Source: Saccostrea cucullata | Lineage: Eukaryota | Direction of reading: 5' to 3' | Length of the DNA stretch: 64,000 bases | Assembly (NCBI RefSeq): GCF_032062105.1 | Contig: NW_026935558.1 | Coordinates: 1-64,000 of the forward strand | Shown: positions 37,104-50,543 of the stretch, piece by piece | How the letters are laid out: each line of letters starts with the position of its first letter | How positions within the stretch are numbered: the first letter of the stretch is position 1 | Translations under genes and position numbers: made by a program | The notes under the pieces: generated by a model | Seen by the model: only the letters and a program-made list of their open reading frames with translations | The model's database searches: none | What the model was told of the DNA's origin: nothing

Positions 37104-40100
37104 CAGTCTTCACGAAAACTTTTCACACTTACTGGCCAGTAGGACCAGTGAACTTTCTAATTTTACTGGCCCACCAAAAAATTTACTGGCCCCCTTAATT
37201 TAAGGAAAATTTATGAAAACATAGTTCTAAATTAATAACACACTATTACAAGCTTGCTTCAGCTTGGATATGTTTAAATTCTTTTCAATGACAGAATATG
37301 ACAATTTTGAAAATGGAAACAATGTTTGAAGTTAATACTCATTTAATGATACATCAGTGATCAGTTTAGTTATAATGAATATTGTATCAGTATGCTTATG
37401 GTCAGTGAAAATTAAAACTGTTTTATTCTAATTCATATTCATATTCTATGATCATGTTCAGTAACACATCATTTTCTCTTTCTGTTTGTTCAACATCACT
37501 GTCCGAGTCATAATCTAGATCTTCATCTGCATTATCTTCCGGGTCTGCCACAAGTTCTGATACCAAGTCAGATAAATCTGAAGTTTGAGAATCAGGCTCT
37601 TGGAGGGAATCTGTGGTGTCCATCTGGGTATCTGTGTCAGGTTGAGCCCTGTTGAGGAAATCTGAAGTCTCCATCATCTGGGTATCGGAAGTGCCCACTT
37701 GAATCGGTGCCCTCTTGTAATGCAGTCTCCTTTTGCCTTTGGTATTCTAAAATTAAATAATACAGTTGAACTTGAATATTAACAGTACAAATTATGTAAA
37801 GATGACCTTTGAAAAACTATTAAAATATATTAATAATAATTACCATCCATTTAGTGATGGCTTCCTGAGGATTATACTGATCTACTGAAGAAGACTCCAG
37901 GTTGATCATCAGTAGATCATCAAGCGTTTCGTTATTGAGGCGTGCTCGCCTCTTCCCTTTGGTAAGTTTCATGGTTGAAAAGGTAGCCTCATTCCTAACT
38001 GACGTTGGAGGTAGGGCCCTCACTAAAGAAATCAGACCAAAGATGTTGGGCAGATCCTCCCCACAACTATGCAGGTCTTCCCACTTCAAGGTTCTGCTTG
38101 TTAGCCTTGAGGAAAACCTATTTGAATAAAAAATATTTCATTATTATTATAAAATCCACAAATTATTTATCCATCAGTCAGTATTTCTTCATGAACTTGT
38201 AGTAAATTACCTCTTGTACACTGTTGTTTTCAGGCAGACCCATTCTGCAGGTATCTCTTTTGGATCCCTCCCTGACTCAACCAAAAGTCCTTTAAACTGA
38301 TTCACCAATACAGCTACCTCATTTTGTCCAAACTCTGAAATTCAAGAAAAATGTTAATAACCTTAAAGTATGTCAAATGGATGACTCTTAAGTCTTTAAT
38401 GGGTACAATGTATACATCATATGATAAATCACTCATATTTTAATTAAAAAAAATATTTTGTTTTGTTATGATTGATAAATTTCATTACAATACAGCTTTT
38501 CTGTATACATTTCCAACATCTCTTATTAAATTTAACAACTCTAGGAGAAAAAAAACATAATGTTAATGATTAACTCAAGACTGAATCAACACAGAAAACA
38601 TAAATTGGTATATATAAATATATATATACATATATACACAAAAAGATTTTAAATCACTAAATAATCCAGAACATAGTAAATGTAAGCAACAGCCATCAAT
38701 AGAAACAAAAATAAAATTCTTTTTTTTTAAATTAAAACCTTTAATTGCATCAGAACCAGGGAGTGGCCAGTTTTTTAAGTTAGATATGAAAGTGGCTTCC
38801 AAAACGGGGCTTATTGGAAATCTGTCACCAAATGATTTCACTAATTTTTCACATAATCTCTCAGCAACAACTTTTGGTTGAGTAACTATTCCGTTAAAAG
38901 TGACAGATTGATTCTGAAACTCTTTATTTTGTACTACCTCCTCTGCAGACTGTAAATCTCTGTCAAATATTCAATAACGATAACACTTTATGTGAAACAG
39001 ATTCATTTTAAATTCTGTTTTCATTTATTATTCACTTACTTCTAATAGAATGATATCTACAAGTATACATACATACCTTGTAGATAATAAAAGTAACTAA
39101 AATGTACTTACAGTGAAGCTGTCTGCAAACATGTTTTTGTTGCATCAACCCGTAAATAGGCATCTGATAAGGACAACTCTCTCTTTTGTAGGTACAGTGA
39201 CAACTTCATTCGAACTGATATGATCTCCTTAAATTATAAAACATTATTTAAATTTTAACAATAATGCACACAGTAACTGTACATATGATTTAACTTATAT
39301 TTATTTATAAAAATAAAACAAATCATTGATTTTTAAAAATGTTGATTATGCTTTTATTTGTGAATTTACTAAAACTGACTACCTTAAGGACAAGAAGGAA
39401 TGTAAGAAGATTTCCATCACATATCAGTTTAGCAAAGCCTTCTGCTTTTGGACAATCATGAGATGCATTCTCTAGTTGTAGCCGAATTGCTCGATAGCTG
39501 CGAAAAAAGGAGTAGAGGGCCCTTTCCATGTGAGGTAGCCATCTTGTACCTCCTATCCTCAGTGGCAAAACCTGTTTCATGCCAAGAGACTCAAAAGACC
39601 TTTTCAAGGCTTTTTTCTGCTTCGGACTCTTTCGGTAGAAATAAAATATTCCTAGTAGCAAAGTCATTGCCTTATCATAGAGCTTTTGGTAAGAGGCTTT
39701 GATGGCATCTTTAAAACTTAATTCTAAACGATGAGCAACACAGTGTGTAACTATCATTTCTGGTGACAATTCTAATAACTTTGCTGCCAAACCATTTTTT
39801 CTGCCTGGAAAAAAGGGATAATCACTTAAAAATCTGGATATTTCATTATGTCATACAGTGATACTTGCATGCCAACTACATTTATTTAGGAGTACTTTAA
39901 GTCTTTTATCATAATCGTAGATTATTTCTTGTAATATTATTTGTCATATTAATTGCCATATTTATAAATTAAAAATAACAATTATATTACCTTGCATGTT
40001 GGAAGCTCCATCAGCACAAAATCCGACTACATGTGTAGTTTGGTTTTAAGAATAGGTAGCAATTCTAAATTTCTGAACAACATACAAAAGTGATCAAAAA

Positions 40101-41150
40101 TATCTTGAGAACAAGCAGATTCTGGGCTTCCAATGTGCAGAAAGCAATCCTCAACTTTGAGATCGATCACAACACGAATATAAAAATTGTCCAATTCCTC
40201 TCCTGTAAAATCCGTAGAGCCATCACAAGTAAAGCTGAAGAAATCTGACATTACAAGTTTCTGTTTCACTTTCTGTCTCTCCACTTCTGCTATAACTCGC
40301 ACAAATTCCCTGATAGCTTTGTCATTTGTGTAGGTATCACCTATTTCTAGCCCCTTTGCTTTATCTAAAGCGCATATAAAGGAGTAATCTAGAAAACTTT
40401 TCTGATGTTTAGCTATTGCATATGCAGTTCTAAATTTAACTTGAAGTTTGTCGTATTCAGATTGCCTCGACGTTTTAACGCATTTTTCAGCAGGTGTTTC
40501 TTGGTCACAGTTTTTTGGAACGAAGTACGTGTGCCACTTACTTGTTTCATGCTGACGAATTGCATCTAGTTTGAAATTGTCTGTCCCTTTCACAAATGCT
40601 AAGTCGGAGAGTTTGCTATCCCCACGCTCATCATTAGGCTTTCTGCACCAGTCACAGAACATTTTGTTTTCGCTCACGTCGAATGTCAACCATGGCCTCT
40701 CGGAAGTCCACTCAATTTGAAATTTTCTTGTCCGTTTCTCTCTGTCGTAAATTTTTTTCGCCTCCCTCACCTCGATCGCGGTTTTAGGGGTTTTTTTTGG
40801 TGCTTTTCCGGGAACTGCATCAGCCCTATATTTCAACTTCAGAAACGCCGCCATTTTCTGGGTTTGTCGTGTTTCGGTAAGTTGTTCATAGGATACTCGC
40901 GCATTTTACGTACTAGTTAATAACTACTAGTTAGTTCCGGTTGTTGGATACGATACATCAACACATGTTTGTTTTCTTTTTAATTTTATTCATAAAATTT
41001 GCACAAGCAAGACATTTTAAGTATTTTTTGACTGTGTATAACTTTGAAAATCGACAAGCCCATCGGACTTCTTGAATATTGATTTTCACTGACCCGACAT
41101 CAAAATTCACTGGCCTCGGTCTTCGGACCAGTGAGTTTTCGTGAAGACTG
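37104..41150 (-). mobile_element. hAT5-type DNA transposon (4047 bp, 5-bp TSD)
   Basis: Perfect 17-bp TIR CAGTCTTCACGAAAACT / AGTTTTCGTGAAGACTG; TTTCG at 37099-37103 and 41151-41155; subterminal ACTGGCC repeats. Confidence 0.92.
37423..40854 (-). pseudogene. ZNF862-like hAT transposase (TTF-type zinc finger, DDE, hATC), about seven exons, frameshifted by an 8-bp insertion
   Basis: RKFQIEW..RPWL..MFCDWC..HETSKWH, FSFTCDGSTD, VGFCADGASNMQG, HCVAHRLEL, GGTRW, LPPTSVRNEATFSTMKLTKGKRRARL; insertion at 40028-40037. Confidence 0.85.
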
Positions 41151-44100
41151 TTTCGTGCCTGAGGTCAATAAGCAAGGATTCCTGAGATTCTGTCCACTCT
41201 GGCCTCTGGTAGACGGGTTCCGGTGAAGAGAAACTGCTACTTAATTCTTGACAATCAGATGATGTGCTTTGCAGAGAGTTTTCTGATGATGGCAATGATT
41301 CTCTTTGCTGTATATTTTCTGATGATGGCAATGATTCTCTTTGCTGCGTATTTTCTGATCTTTCCTGTTCACTCAAAATGTTCTCAACAAGTCTTTGTTT
41401 TGATCCTGCATCTAAATGAAAAAGAGTTATCAAATTAGTTAACAATAACAATAAAATAAAACTTCTGTAGTAGAAATTATTTGGTTATTTGTACCACATA
41501 AATGTACATATTGTAACAGTAACTAAAACATTCTAAGGAAAGGATGTAATGACCTACATCGATTCAAAAATTTTGTTTTCCAGTGTTTTTAGATGCTGCT
41601 AGTGAGTAAAGCACCTACATGACTATTATATGAATTAATTTTATTTGATACATATAATAAAAGTGAAGGAGGACAGATTAAGAGATAGATAAAGATTAAA
41701 CAATAACCATTCAGCTCATGAACTTTCAAAGCCGGCCTTAATATTTTAGTTTGGTTGATTCCATACAAGTTGTTGAGTTGACACTTCAGTTGACAATTAC
41801 AACTGTGGTTTGCAATGATACGGTTTGGGTGGTAAATCATGTACCTATTGTATCTGGAAAAAAGCACTGTCGGAAGTGAACACTTGCATCTCAAATGTTA
41901 TGATGTATAGTTATATATTTCAAAGAGTCAACAAACTTGACTTATAAAAATACATTTATAATTTGAAAATACTCCCTCAAATCTATTGCATACATTATGT
42001 ATAAGATTTTATTTGTTTTGTATGCTAAAACAGACTTGTAAAAAAAAAAAGGTTACTAGTACTACATTTTTTTGTACTACTATACTCTTCCTACTTTCAA
42101 ATGAATTTGATTTTTTCATGGAATGACTTTTTGTGTGTGCTAAATGCTCAGATATTTTTCATTTTTAACTAAATAGAAACATGAAAAAGTTCAGAAACAA
42201 TGAGTCTGAATTCACCTGTCCATTTTCTGCACACTGGTTGCATAAAACTTCCTCCGTGTCTCCAGTCAGAAGAAACTCAACTTCAAAACCTGCACAGCTT
42301 GCATGGAATACCAAATGATAAAAATAGCACCTCAGGATTATTCTTAAAAATATCACAGATGAGTAATTTTAATGGAATTTGCAAAAATCGTATCTTATTG
42401 ACCTTTATAAGTGAAATTAGTGGTAGATAAACATAAATTCAAACATTAAATTCTTTTAATTAAAAAGAAATATTTGATATTCGAATATTTCATCAATTTT
42501 ATAGCACAGGAAAGAAAACTTTTCCTAATCTCATACATTTATCAGGCCATTCAGGACTAGGACGATTAAATTTTTATACTCGTGTCATATCAGACACATT
42601 TGGCCATTCATGCATATTTCTCTGATCTACGTACCTGAATTCGCCGTCTACAGCTACTTTTGATTTCCGAGCTTGTCTCTGTCTTTCTAATGATAGAACG
42701 CTTTTCACATCAACGTAATGACATAAAGCGCACGTCCAAAATGCAATTTTAAGCTGATCTACATCTACCTCACTACACGTTGAATTAACCACTTGACTAA
42801 CACTGGCCATAATCTGCAAAGAAATTTATAAATCAGTTTGAGCTTTCATAATTATAAACAAACACGTGCAGTCTATTATGAATCTCTAGAGATAATCGTT
42901 AAAATTCATTTTTATTCCTGTGCAACATCTACCTTTCAGACAATGTCAGCCATCTTTGAACTAGACAACTAGTACGCGGGAGAATAGCTCGTGTTTTTCG
43001 ACTAGACTGGTTCACTTCCGGCAAACTAATATGCGTTCAGGTTAACTATAGTTCAACTTGAGTGACTATAGTTGGCACGCGAACTCCACCATTGTATTGT
43101 CAAACTCCTGAAGATTGGAAATGAAACCGGTTGAGTTTATTTCGGTGTTGTGATTTTTTGGAGTTGAACCATGTTCAATCTCCCATGGTCATCACGGATT
43201 TAAAATGTGCAGTAATTTGTGTTGATTATATAGAGCCGAAAGCGAGGCTACTGTGTTGACCGATTTACTCCGATGATATTCAACAGAAAACATGCATAAA
43301 CATCCGCCACAAATAGATCATGTCATTTTCTCCTGAATTTATGGAACATTTTTTCATAATTTGAAATGTAAGTTAATGTAATGATAAAGTAATCCTATTT
43401 TGAATATTAGATTTCGTTCAAAGTAAAATTTAAATTATAAGGAACCTCAAAAGTTTTTCGTTATGGAACTCATTTTTAGTGTAGCGTCATACACTGAAAG
43501 ATATACGAACGACAACTCTACATAATGACGGCAAGCGGTAAATCTAGTGTTCCCGACGCCCGACGGTCCCGGAGTTTTAGCAATTTCTTTTTTACCGGTG
43601 CACAGAATTAACTCAAACTTTCCATGAACATTTTCTTGGTTTAAATGAATTCATTAATGCATAAAAACTTTAGGAAACATGCGTATTTATTACTAAATCG
43701 GCAGTATCACCTGCCAAAAGCGGTAAATCTAGTACTCTGTTATAAATTTTAATACCAAAAACGGACACCGATGTTTTCGTTAAATCGCGATTAAAAACAA
43801 CAAAATGAAGTATATCTTTTTTAATAAAAGGAAAATTTAATTTACATACCAGATAATGTGTATGCACACAAATTCTCACATATACCACTGTTTTAATGTT
43901 TGGTCATTAAATGTTTGTTTTTAACTTGGTATTGCTTTTTTCTTCACGATATTAAAAAAGATTAAGTTCTGACGTACTCCATGTATAATGTTCGTGTAAT
44001 TGACATACATTTATATTCACAGAGAAGTTTTATGTAACAAACTGTTAGCTCTTAAAAGGATGCTGTGTTAATATCCACATTTTATCAACATTGATATTAT

Positions 44101-44299
44101 TCCTGCGAAACTGAAATTTTCATAACACATGGGTAAAGGTGCCAAGGAAAAATATATTACAAATTTTAAGACTGTGAGCAGTGAATTATATAAATGATCA
44201 ACCGCCTCTAATATGAATATAATGTCAGTGTCCATGTTTTGCAATGGGAAACCCAAAATATGTGTAGGATGAAAAAGTAATAGAATGTGCACAACGGTA

Positions 44300-44452
44300 A
44301 TATGTAATAAAGATTCTATGAAAATTTCCTTCAGTGGTGTAAGAGGAGTTGCGGATAAGAGATGGGTATACCTAAAGCGTACCAAACAGATGGAGACGGA
44401 AATACCGATTAATAAATACCCTCCCGCTTTTCAAGCAGGGGGTATAAAAAAA
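44300..44452 (-). mobile_element. HINE 5' fragment
   Basis: ATACCCTCCCGCTTTTCAAGCAGGGGGTAT hairpin before an A run, preceded by (GACG/GATG)-like tract and AGAGGAGTTGCG. Confidence 0.45.
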
Positions 44453-45699
44453 AGGACTAATGTGGGCATGCAAGCATTATGGCCCATGCATTTTTTTGCT
44501 ATTCAATGTCTCTGAATGTCTTTATCAAGATTGTTGCAACTCAAAAAATCTGAAACAGTTGTCTGTATTTGAAATAATAATATTGTTCACTCACTTAACC
44601 TCCCGATCAAAGATTTTATTTTACACCATGTTCAACTCCCATGAGTGCTTTCAGTACTTTGATTTATTATAACAATACGTGTGTGGATTTATACTTCTAA
44701 TGTATATATATTCCGAAAGCAGGTGTTGTGTAGTTTCTAAAAATGATTTTAAAAATATCATTTCAGTTGCCATGGCAACGAAAATACAACATAATCATGC
44801 TGGAATTTCCAATTATTCAAAGATGAGTTTCATTCTAGATTTTTTTTTTTGCTTGGTTTGATATATTAAAAATAATTTATTGTTGTGTTGAAAAATATAA
44901 GTATGTTGCACAATTTATTACCAACTAATTTTAAGTATTTGGGGGGGGGGGGGGGGAGAGGTAAACACCAGAATTAAGCATTTTTACATGTAAAACGTGC
45001 TACCCCCACATTGATTTCGATAATGGCAAAAACGCTCAAATAGTGCGCAAAGTTAAACTTAATATAGCATCTATCTCGCCCATATGCGAATAAGATACTT
45101 TTATCTTGGCGGCGCAATATTTTTGGGCGCAGTTATCTCTCCTTGTTTCGGCACGAGTTATCTAACTTTCAATTATATAAAGAAAGATGCTCGTGCTGCA
45201 AACTCTCTCTTTGCCGGTTACACGCTAGTTGCAAGGTTGGTGTTAATCAAATTTGTGAAAACAATGGCTAAGTGTAGATTTATGAAATAGATTCTTGCCT
45301 TAAAATGTTTTTAATTTCTATTACTTTTTTTATGAATTCGTATTGTTTACTTATCTATTCGCTAACAAAGGTTTAATTTGGATAAGTCAGATTCATTTCA
45401 ATTTGTCTATTTGCATCACCATGTGCTAACCGCCATCTTTGTCCCAAGTGAAAAAATTTTAAAGTAATCGAATAATACCATGTAGGCCTAATCGATAATA
45501 ATTTTATAACTCTATTTCATGCGAATCTATGACTAATTGACTCTTTTCAGCTTCATTTCTTTGTAACTGATGACTATATATTTGACTAAATAAAAAAATA
45601 TATATATATGCATGAATTAATAAGAAAAATACAGGTAAGCATATAACTATGTCGTTACAAACAGTAAAGTGTTACTTTATATCACTGATGATAACACCA

Positions 45700-46200
45700 A
45701 CTTTCAAACTGGTATCTACAGGTTTCCAGCTTGTATAGAATTAGGCTCTGCTTCCACTCAAACGGGGGGGGGGGGGTGCACTGAAAAAAAACTAACCATA
45801 AGTGCACAGGAGAAACTGTAACAAAGGAAAATGTCTCAAAATATTTCCAATTGAAAAATGGACGGATGTCATGCTCATGTTTGCATCTGTTTGCATACCG
45901 TATCTGCCCATCCATATAAAGCAATAGATATCCTAAGTTTGTCCATACAGTTCGCTTGGGGTTTGAATATGTCACGCAGTATCGTCTTCGGAAATCTATA
46001 GACCCCTCTATTTCTTGGGCCTTAGTTGACTTGGAACTGGTTGTTATATTTGAATCCTAGTTATCGGCTGGAATTTCCCCAGACTCAACACTCTCAAATA
46101 AACAAAATGTGCGTTGATTTCAATTTTAAGGGGTCCTGCAGTCAAATCTTTGTCAGTACATGCGCACTCGTACAAGTGGTGTTGGCATGCACACAGTCAT
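45700..46200 (+). pseudogene. Ngaro gag-like ORF remnant
   Basis: IEK-WTDVMLMFASV, QYRLRKSIDPSISWALVDLEL, CVDFNFKGSC; frameshifted. Confidence 0.55.
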
Positions 46201-46759
46201 ACAATGCAATTTTCAAAGAGCCCAGGTAAAATACCAGTAGCTCATTCGATCGCACCTACTTTCGAAACAAGCCCATGCAACCACAATAAGTTTACAATAT
46301 AGAAATCCATATACATGAAATCAAGCTCCACCAAACTCCTAACAAAAACCTCAGTCCCATATACAAAAATACGAGAAAAATGGCTAAAAATAATTTGGCC
46401 GTAGCAAACGTAAATTAAAATTCCTATTTTAAATATGGTCCGACGTTGATCGTTCTCTAAACAAACCTGTAGCAAATCAAGTTCAATGTTACATATAAAA
46501 AAAAAATAACAATTTAATTTCAGCTTATCAATATAATTTCAGCTTATCAATACAAAGCAGGAATAAAAATGATTATTTAATTAAAATAATTATAACAAAG
46601 AAGTTGAATTAAGGGGGGGGGGGGGAACCTTTATGTAATCTCAGAGTATCTCCAGTGGGAGTGGTACCAAAGAGGGATAACTCTGGTTGGCAATTGATAA
46701 CGCACCTTTCATATCCTACAGACAGCAGTGAAAATCACTAAATAAACCATAGTAAGTTC

Positions 46760-47890
46760 ACAGTTATTATACATCCTTTGATGGTAATAAAAATGTTGGC
46801 CAAGGTTGGTGAAGGTGCATAATTTGTAAAAGTAGATATTAAATCAGCATTTAGGTTTCTACATGCGTTCCCAGGGGATTTTGACTTTTTAGGATTCAAA
46901 GTTGAGGGTATATATATTAATTTGTTGAATGTCTTCAAGACATCTCCCTTTCTCAAACAAAGCTTTTAAGAATTTCAAATATTCTTGCACTGGATTAAAA
47001 AAAAAAAAATTAGATTATTAATTACATACGTGTACATGATTTCATATTTGCAGATAAAGAAAGGGAGTCATTCTTAAATTAATGCAAACATCGCAAGGGG
47101 TTTGTATTCAACTGGGGGGTCCCCTTAACTGATGACAAAACGGTTTATCCCACTCCCTGTCTTGTGGGTTTAGAAAATGAAACAATGCAAATGCTGATCA
47201 GAATACCTCTTGGAAAATATATCAAATTGACGTCCATACTGTAGGAACATTAATTATTAGTTCTACGGCAGTTATAGTCATTGTTACGGAAGATCAATTT
47301 CTTACAATTTTGTTAGGAGATTGTACGATTCAACCCGGGGGTATCTAAGCCTCACCATCATAAGCACTATGTTAAACAATGAAATGAAGCAAGATATATG
47401 CTTAAGTTTCCTAAAACAATTTAATGGTCAAGTTTATTTCCAAGAAAGTGATTGGTCGTCAAATTAAATTTTAGATCTGTATACAGATAGTGCCGTTTCT
47501 GTATATCTGGGTTGTGGAGGATACTTTTGAGGGCAATGGTGCTATTTTCCTTAGCCACGTGAATGGATGACTACAGTAATTTAGATATATTGCATGACAT
47601 GACAACACTAAATCTTATCCCATTAGTTTTGGCTGTCAGTTTATGTGGTAGTCAACTTGCAAATAGGAGAATACGGTTTTATATTGATAATAATGAGGCA
47701 TTGGTTACGGTTTTGGACATACAGTCCTCAAAATCCAGTAGAGTTATGAAATCAATTCGTTTATTTGTGTTAGACTGCTTTTAAACAATATAATATTTTG
47801 TGCAGTTCACTTCCGTACTAATTATAACAGTATTGCCGATTCAATTTCTCATGTAGTGGCACCGTTTCTTGCAGGCTGCACCACATACAT
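46760..47890 (+). pseudogene. Ngaro reverse transcriptase/RNase H remnant
   Basis: VGEGA*FVKVDIKSAFRFL..FPGDFDFLGFK; LYTDSA..LGCGGYF; RRIRFYIDNNEALV..SSKSSRVM; NSIADSIS. Confidence 0.85.
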
Positions 47891-47939
47891 CACCACAACC
47901 AGTACCAATGAATTCCAGAACCTCATACCTAGCATAAAT

Positions 47940-48720
47940 TAAACAAGTTGTTAGGGGCAGCATTTTCTGAAAACACTAGCAAGGCTTATTAATTAGGCGT
48001 AACGCCGCGTAAGAGAATACTTCAGCTGCTGCTTGCAGCAAGGATTAAATACTATTTGGTCCCCCTTGTTATTTAATAGTTAGATTTGTTGCACATTGGT
48101 CAATTAAAGGCCTGGTGTTTTCGACAGTTCGTCCCAACTTAGCTTCCGTTTCTTATAATTGCAAACTTCAAGGTCACAGATCTAACAGAAGAGTTCATAG
48201 TTAAAAGTTGTTACAGGGGTTTAAAAAAGAAAAAAAAGCACAGCTCACAGCTTTGACAGTAGGTTGCCCATTAAAAGGTCCATATTAAAGCAGATTCTTA
48301 AAATTTTACCCTGCGTAATATGTACAAATTCATATGAGGTATCATTAAATTGTTTTCAGCTGCATTTTCTATTGTATACTATAAAACTTGCAGTCTCCGA
48401 CAAATCATCTGATTGAGTCGTTGCCAATACAGAAACTCAATTTGACGACACTAGCTCTACATCATTATCTTAAGACCGACCGATATGGAAGGGTAACAAT
48501 TTTGCAGATACATGGCAAAGAGGATTTAACTTGCCCCTGCACTAATCTTTAAAGGATTTTAGAAATTAGACCTACCCACGGGGTCAACTATCTTGTCATT
48601 TTTTCCGGAGCTCCTTTCACTAAGTATCATTTAACTTCGAACTTAGCAAAACATTAGGTCATAAACATTGAGTCTTGGGACTACGAATCCCACTTCTTTC
48701 GTATTGGGGCAAGTACGTAA
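47940..48720 (+). pseudogene. Ngaro tyrosine recombinase remnant
   Basis: AAFSENTSKAY, RLPI, SKTDRYGR, CHFSGAPFTKY, YESHFFRIGAST (HSFRIGAAT-like). Confidence 0.8.
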
Positions 48721-50143
48721 TTGGGGACTTATCTCAGGTTATCCATAGTGGGAAAACAACAGTGACAAAACTAAAAAAAAAAAAAAGATGCCAGGTTTAA
48801 ATACTTGAAATTTATTAAGGAGATCCAATTTCCTCTTGTGCACTTAATATGGTCTCATGTTCTGCTCGTATTAATTGGCATTGTTCTTCATATAATCTGG
48901 CCATGGAGAATACTAGAAAGGCCTGGGTTTAATGCATTTTTCTTTAACAAAGTTTGTGAAGTTAATTGGGGATTCCGTAATCCACTATACTGACATCAAA
49001 AAACCCTGCCAAAATTATTTGAAAGGGATGGGGTACATTTATCCAAGTTAAGAAAATAAACTTTAAAAAAAAAAAAAAAAAACAAAACAAAAAACAAAAA
49101 AAAAACAATTCAGGGGATATAAAGCCAATTATTAGGTATGTATGCAAGTTTCATCCATCACTTTAATGACTGATATCTGGAGAGGAAGGGTCACGGCTGT
49201 TTCAGGCCGCTCAGGACCCCTACTAGTAAAGTGGCGGCGCCCCCATTCGTAGATGCTTTGTTCAAGCCTATACGACCGGGGTCTTGTGGCGAACTGAGCG
49301 GCATACATCACTTGAACTATGATGTAATATGGGTTCATTATTTGACCGCTGCACCACACAGGGTCAAAGTTGAATACCATGTAAATATTGTGACAGTGTA
49401 AACAAAACTATTTTATTTTTATTTTCTTCCTTGACTTCTGCACCTCCCAGAGTCATGGATGTGTGATTATTATTCTAAATATTTTATTTTCTTCCTGGAC
49501 TTCTGCACCTCCCAGAGTCATGGATGTGTGAATATTATTCTTGCATTGCAAGTTTTTATTATTTGACCTTGACTTCTGCATCTCCAGGGGTCAAGGTCAA
49601 CTGATATGTTGATGTTGTACTGAATTGTTGTTGACCTTGGCCTCTGCGTCTCCAAGGGTCAAATGTTGTTGTTGAACTGAAATGTTGTTGTTGTTGAACT
49701 GAAATGTTGTTGTTGCTGGGCCTACCCGTTGCTTTGGAGGCCCGAAATAATATGTTATATTATTCAGCCGTGCCCAAAAGCGCCAAATAAATAAAAACCT
49801 ATAAAAATTGTTTTTGATTTATTGCGTCTGTCCAAGATAATATAGCATCTATCTCGCCCATATGCGAATAAGATGCTTTTATCTTGGCAGCGCAATATTT
49901 TTGGGCGCAGTTATCTCTCCTTGTTTCGGCACGAGTTATCTAACTTTCAATTATATAAAGAAAGATGCTCGTGCTGCAAACTCTCTCTTTGCCGGTTACA
50001 CGCTAGTTGCAAGGTTGGTGTTAATCAAATTTGTGAAAACAATGGCTAAGTGTAGATTTATGAAATCCCTCCCTACCCTAATCCCCCAATTGTACATTGT
50101 TGAATAGATACTGCTGGTTTCTGTTTTTTCTTTTCAGTGGAAA

Positions 50144-50458
50144 ATTTTACAAAGCAAATGGTCATCTGTACCTTCATATTCGGCATGGCTGTCCCTTCTG
50201 ATGAATGGAATGCGAACTGACATTTCTGAGTTTTACATAGCGAGTGGCCATTTATACCTACGTATTCGGCATGGCTGTTACTCCTGAAGATGGACTGCGA
50301 ACTGAGTTTTACAAAGCAAGTGGTCATATGTACCTACATATTCGGAACGACTCCCACTTCTGAAGATGGACTGCGAACTGAGTTTTACATAGCAACTGGT
50401 CACCTGTACCTACATATTCGGCACGGCTGTCACTTTTGAAGATGGACTGCGAACTGAG
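50144..50458. repeat. 76-bp tandem repeat, four copies, between A2 and B2
   Basis: GCGAACTGA at 50212, 50297, 50373, 50449. Confidence 0.85.
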
Positions 50459-50543
50459 CGGCATACATCACTTGAACTATGATGTAATATGGGTTCATTA
50501 TTTGACCGCTGCACCACACAGGGTCAAAGTTGAATACCATGTA

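Larger units (their letters stand above)
36660..42954 (-). pseudogene. Harbinger accessory gene: PHD-like finger plus Myb/SANT-like (trihelix) domain, disrupted by insertions and frameshifts
   Basis: Removing 37104-41155 restores EWTESQESLLIDLRHEMDKSFTTTRNHLSLWQKI; frameshifted continuation ALKKKWKEIIDSPTGS; upstream CALCH/LVFHASC...CNQC; convergent with the Harbinger transposase exon. Confidence 0.75.

Noticed and set aside
43030-43090. Harbinger terminal inverted repeat (two ACTATAGTT motifs, ending GAACTCCACC)
   Set aside because: Plausible position upstream of the accessory gene, but the partner end is not in the window, so it is unsupported.
45084-45290. Duplicated small ORF (also 49862-50107)
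   Set aside because: Chance ORF in the A split repeat; the similarity is explained by the repeat.
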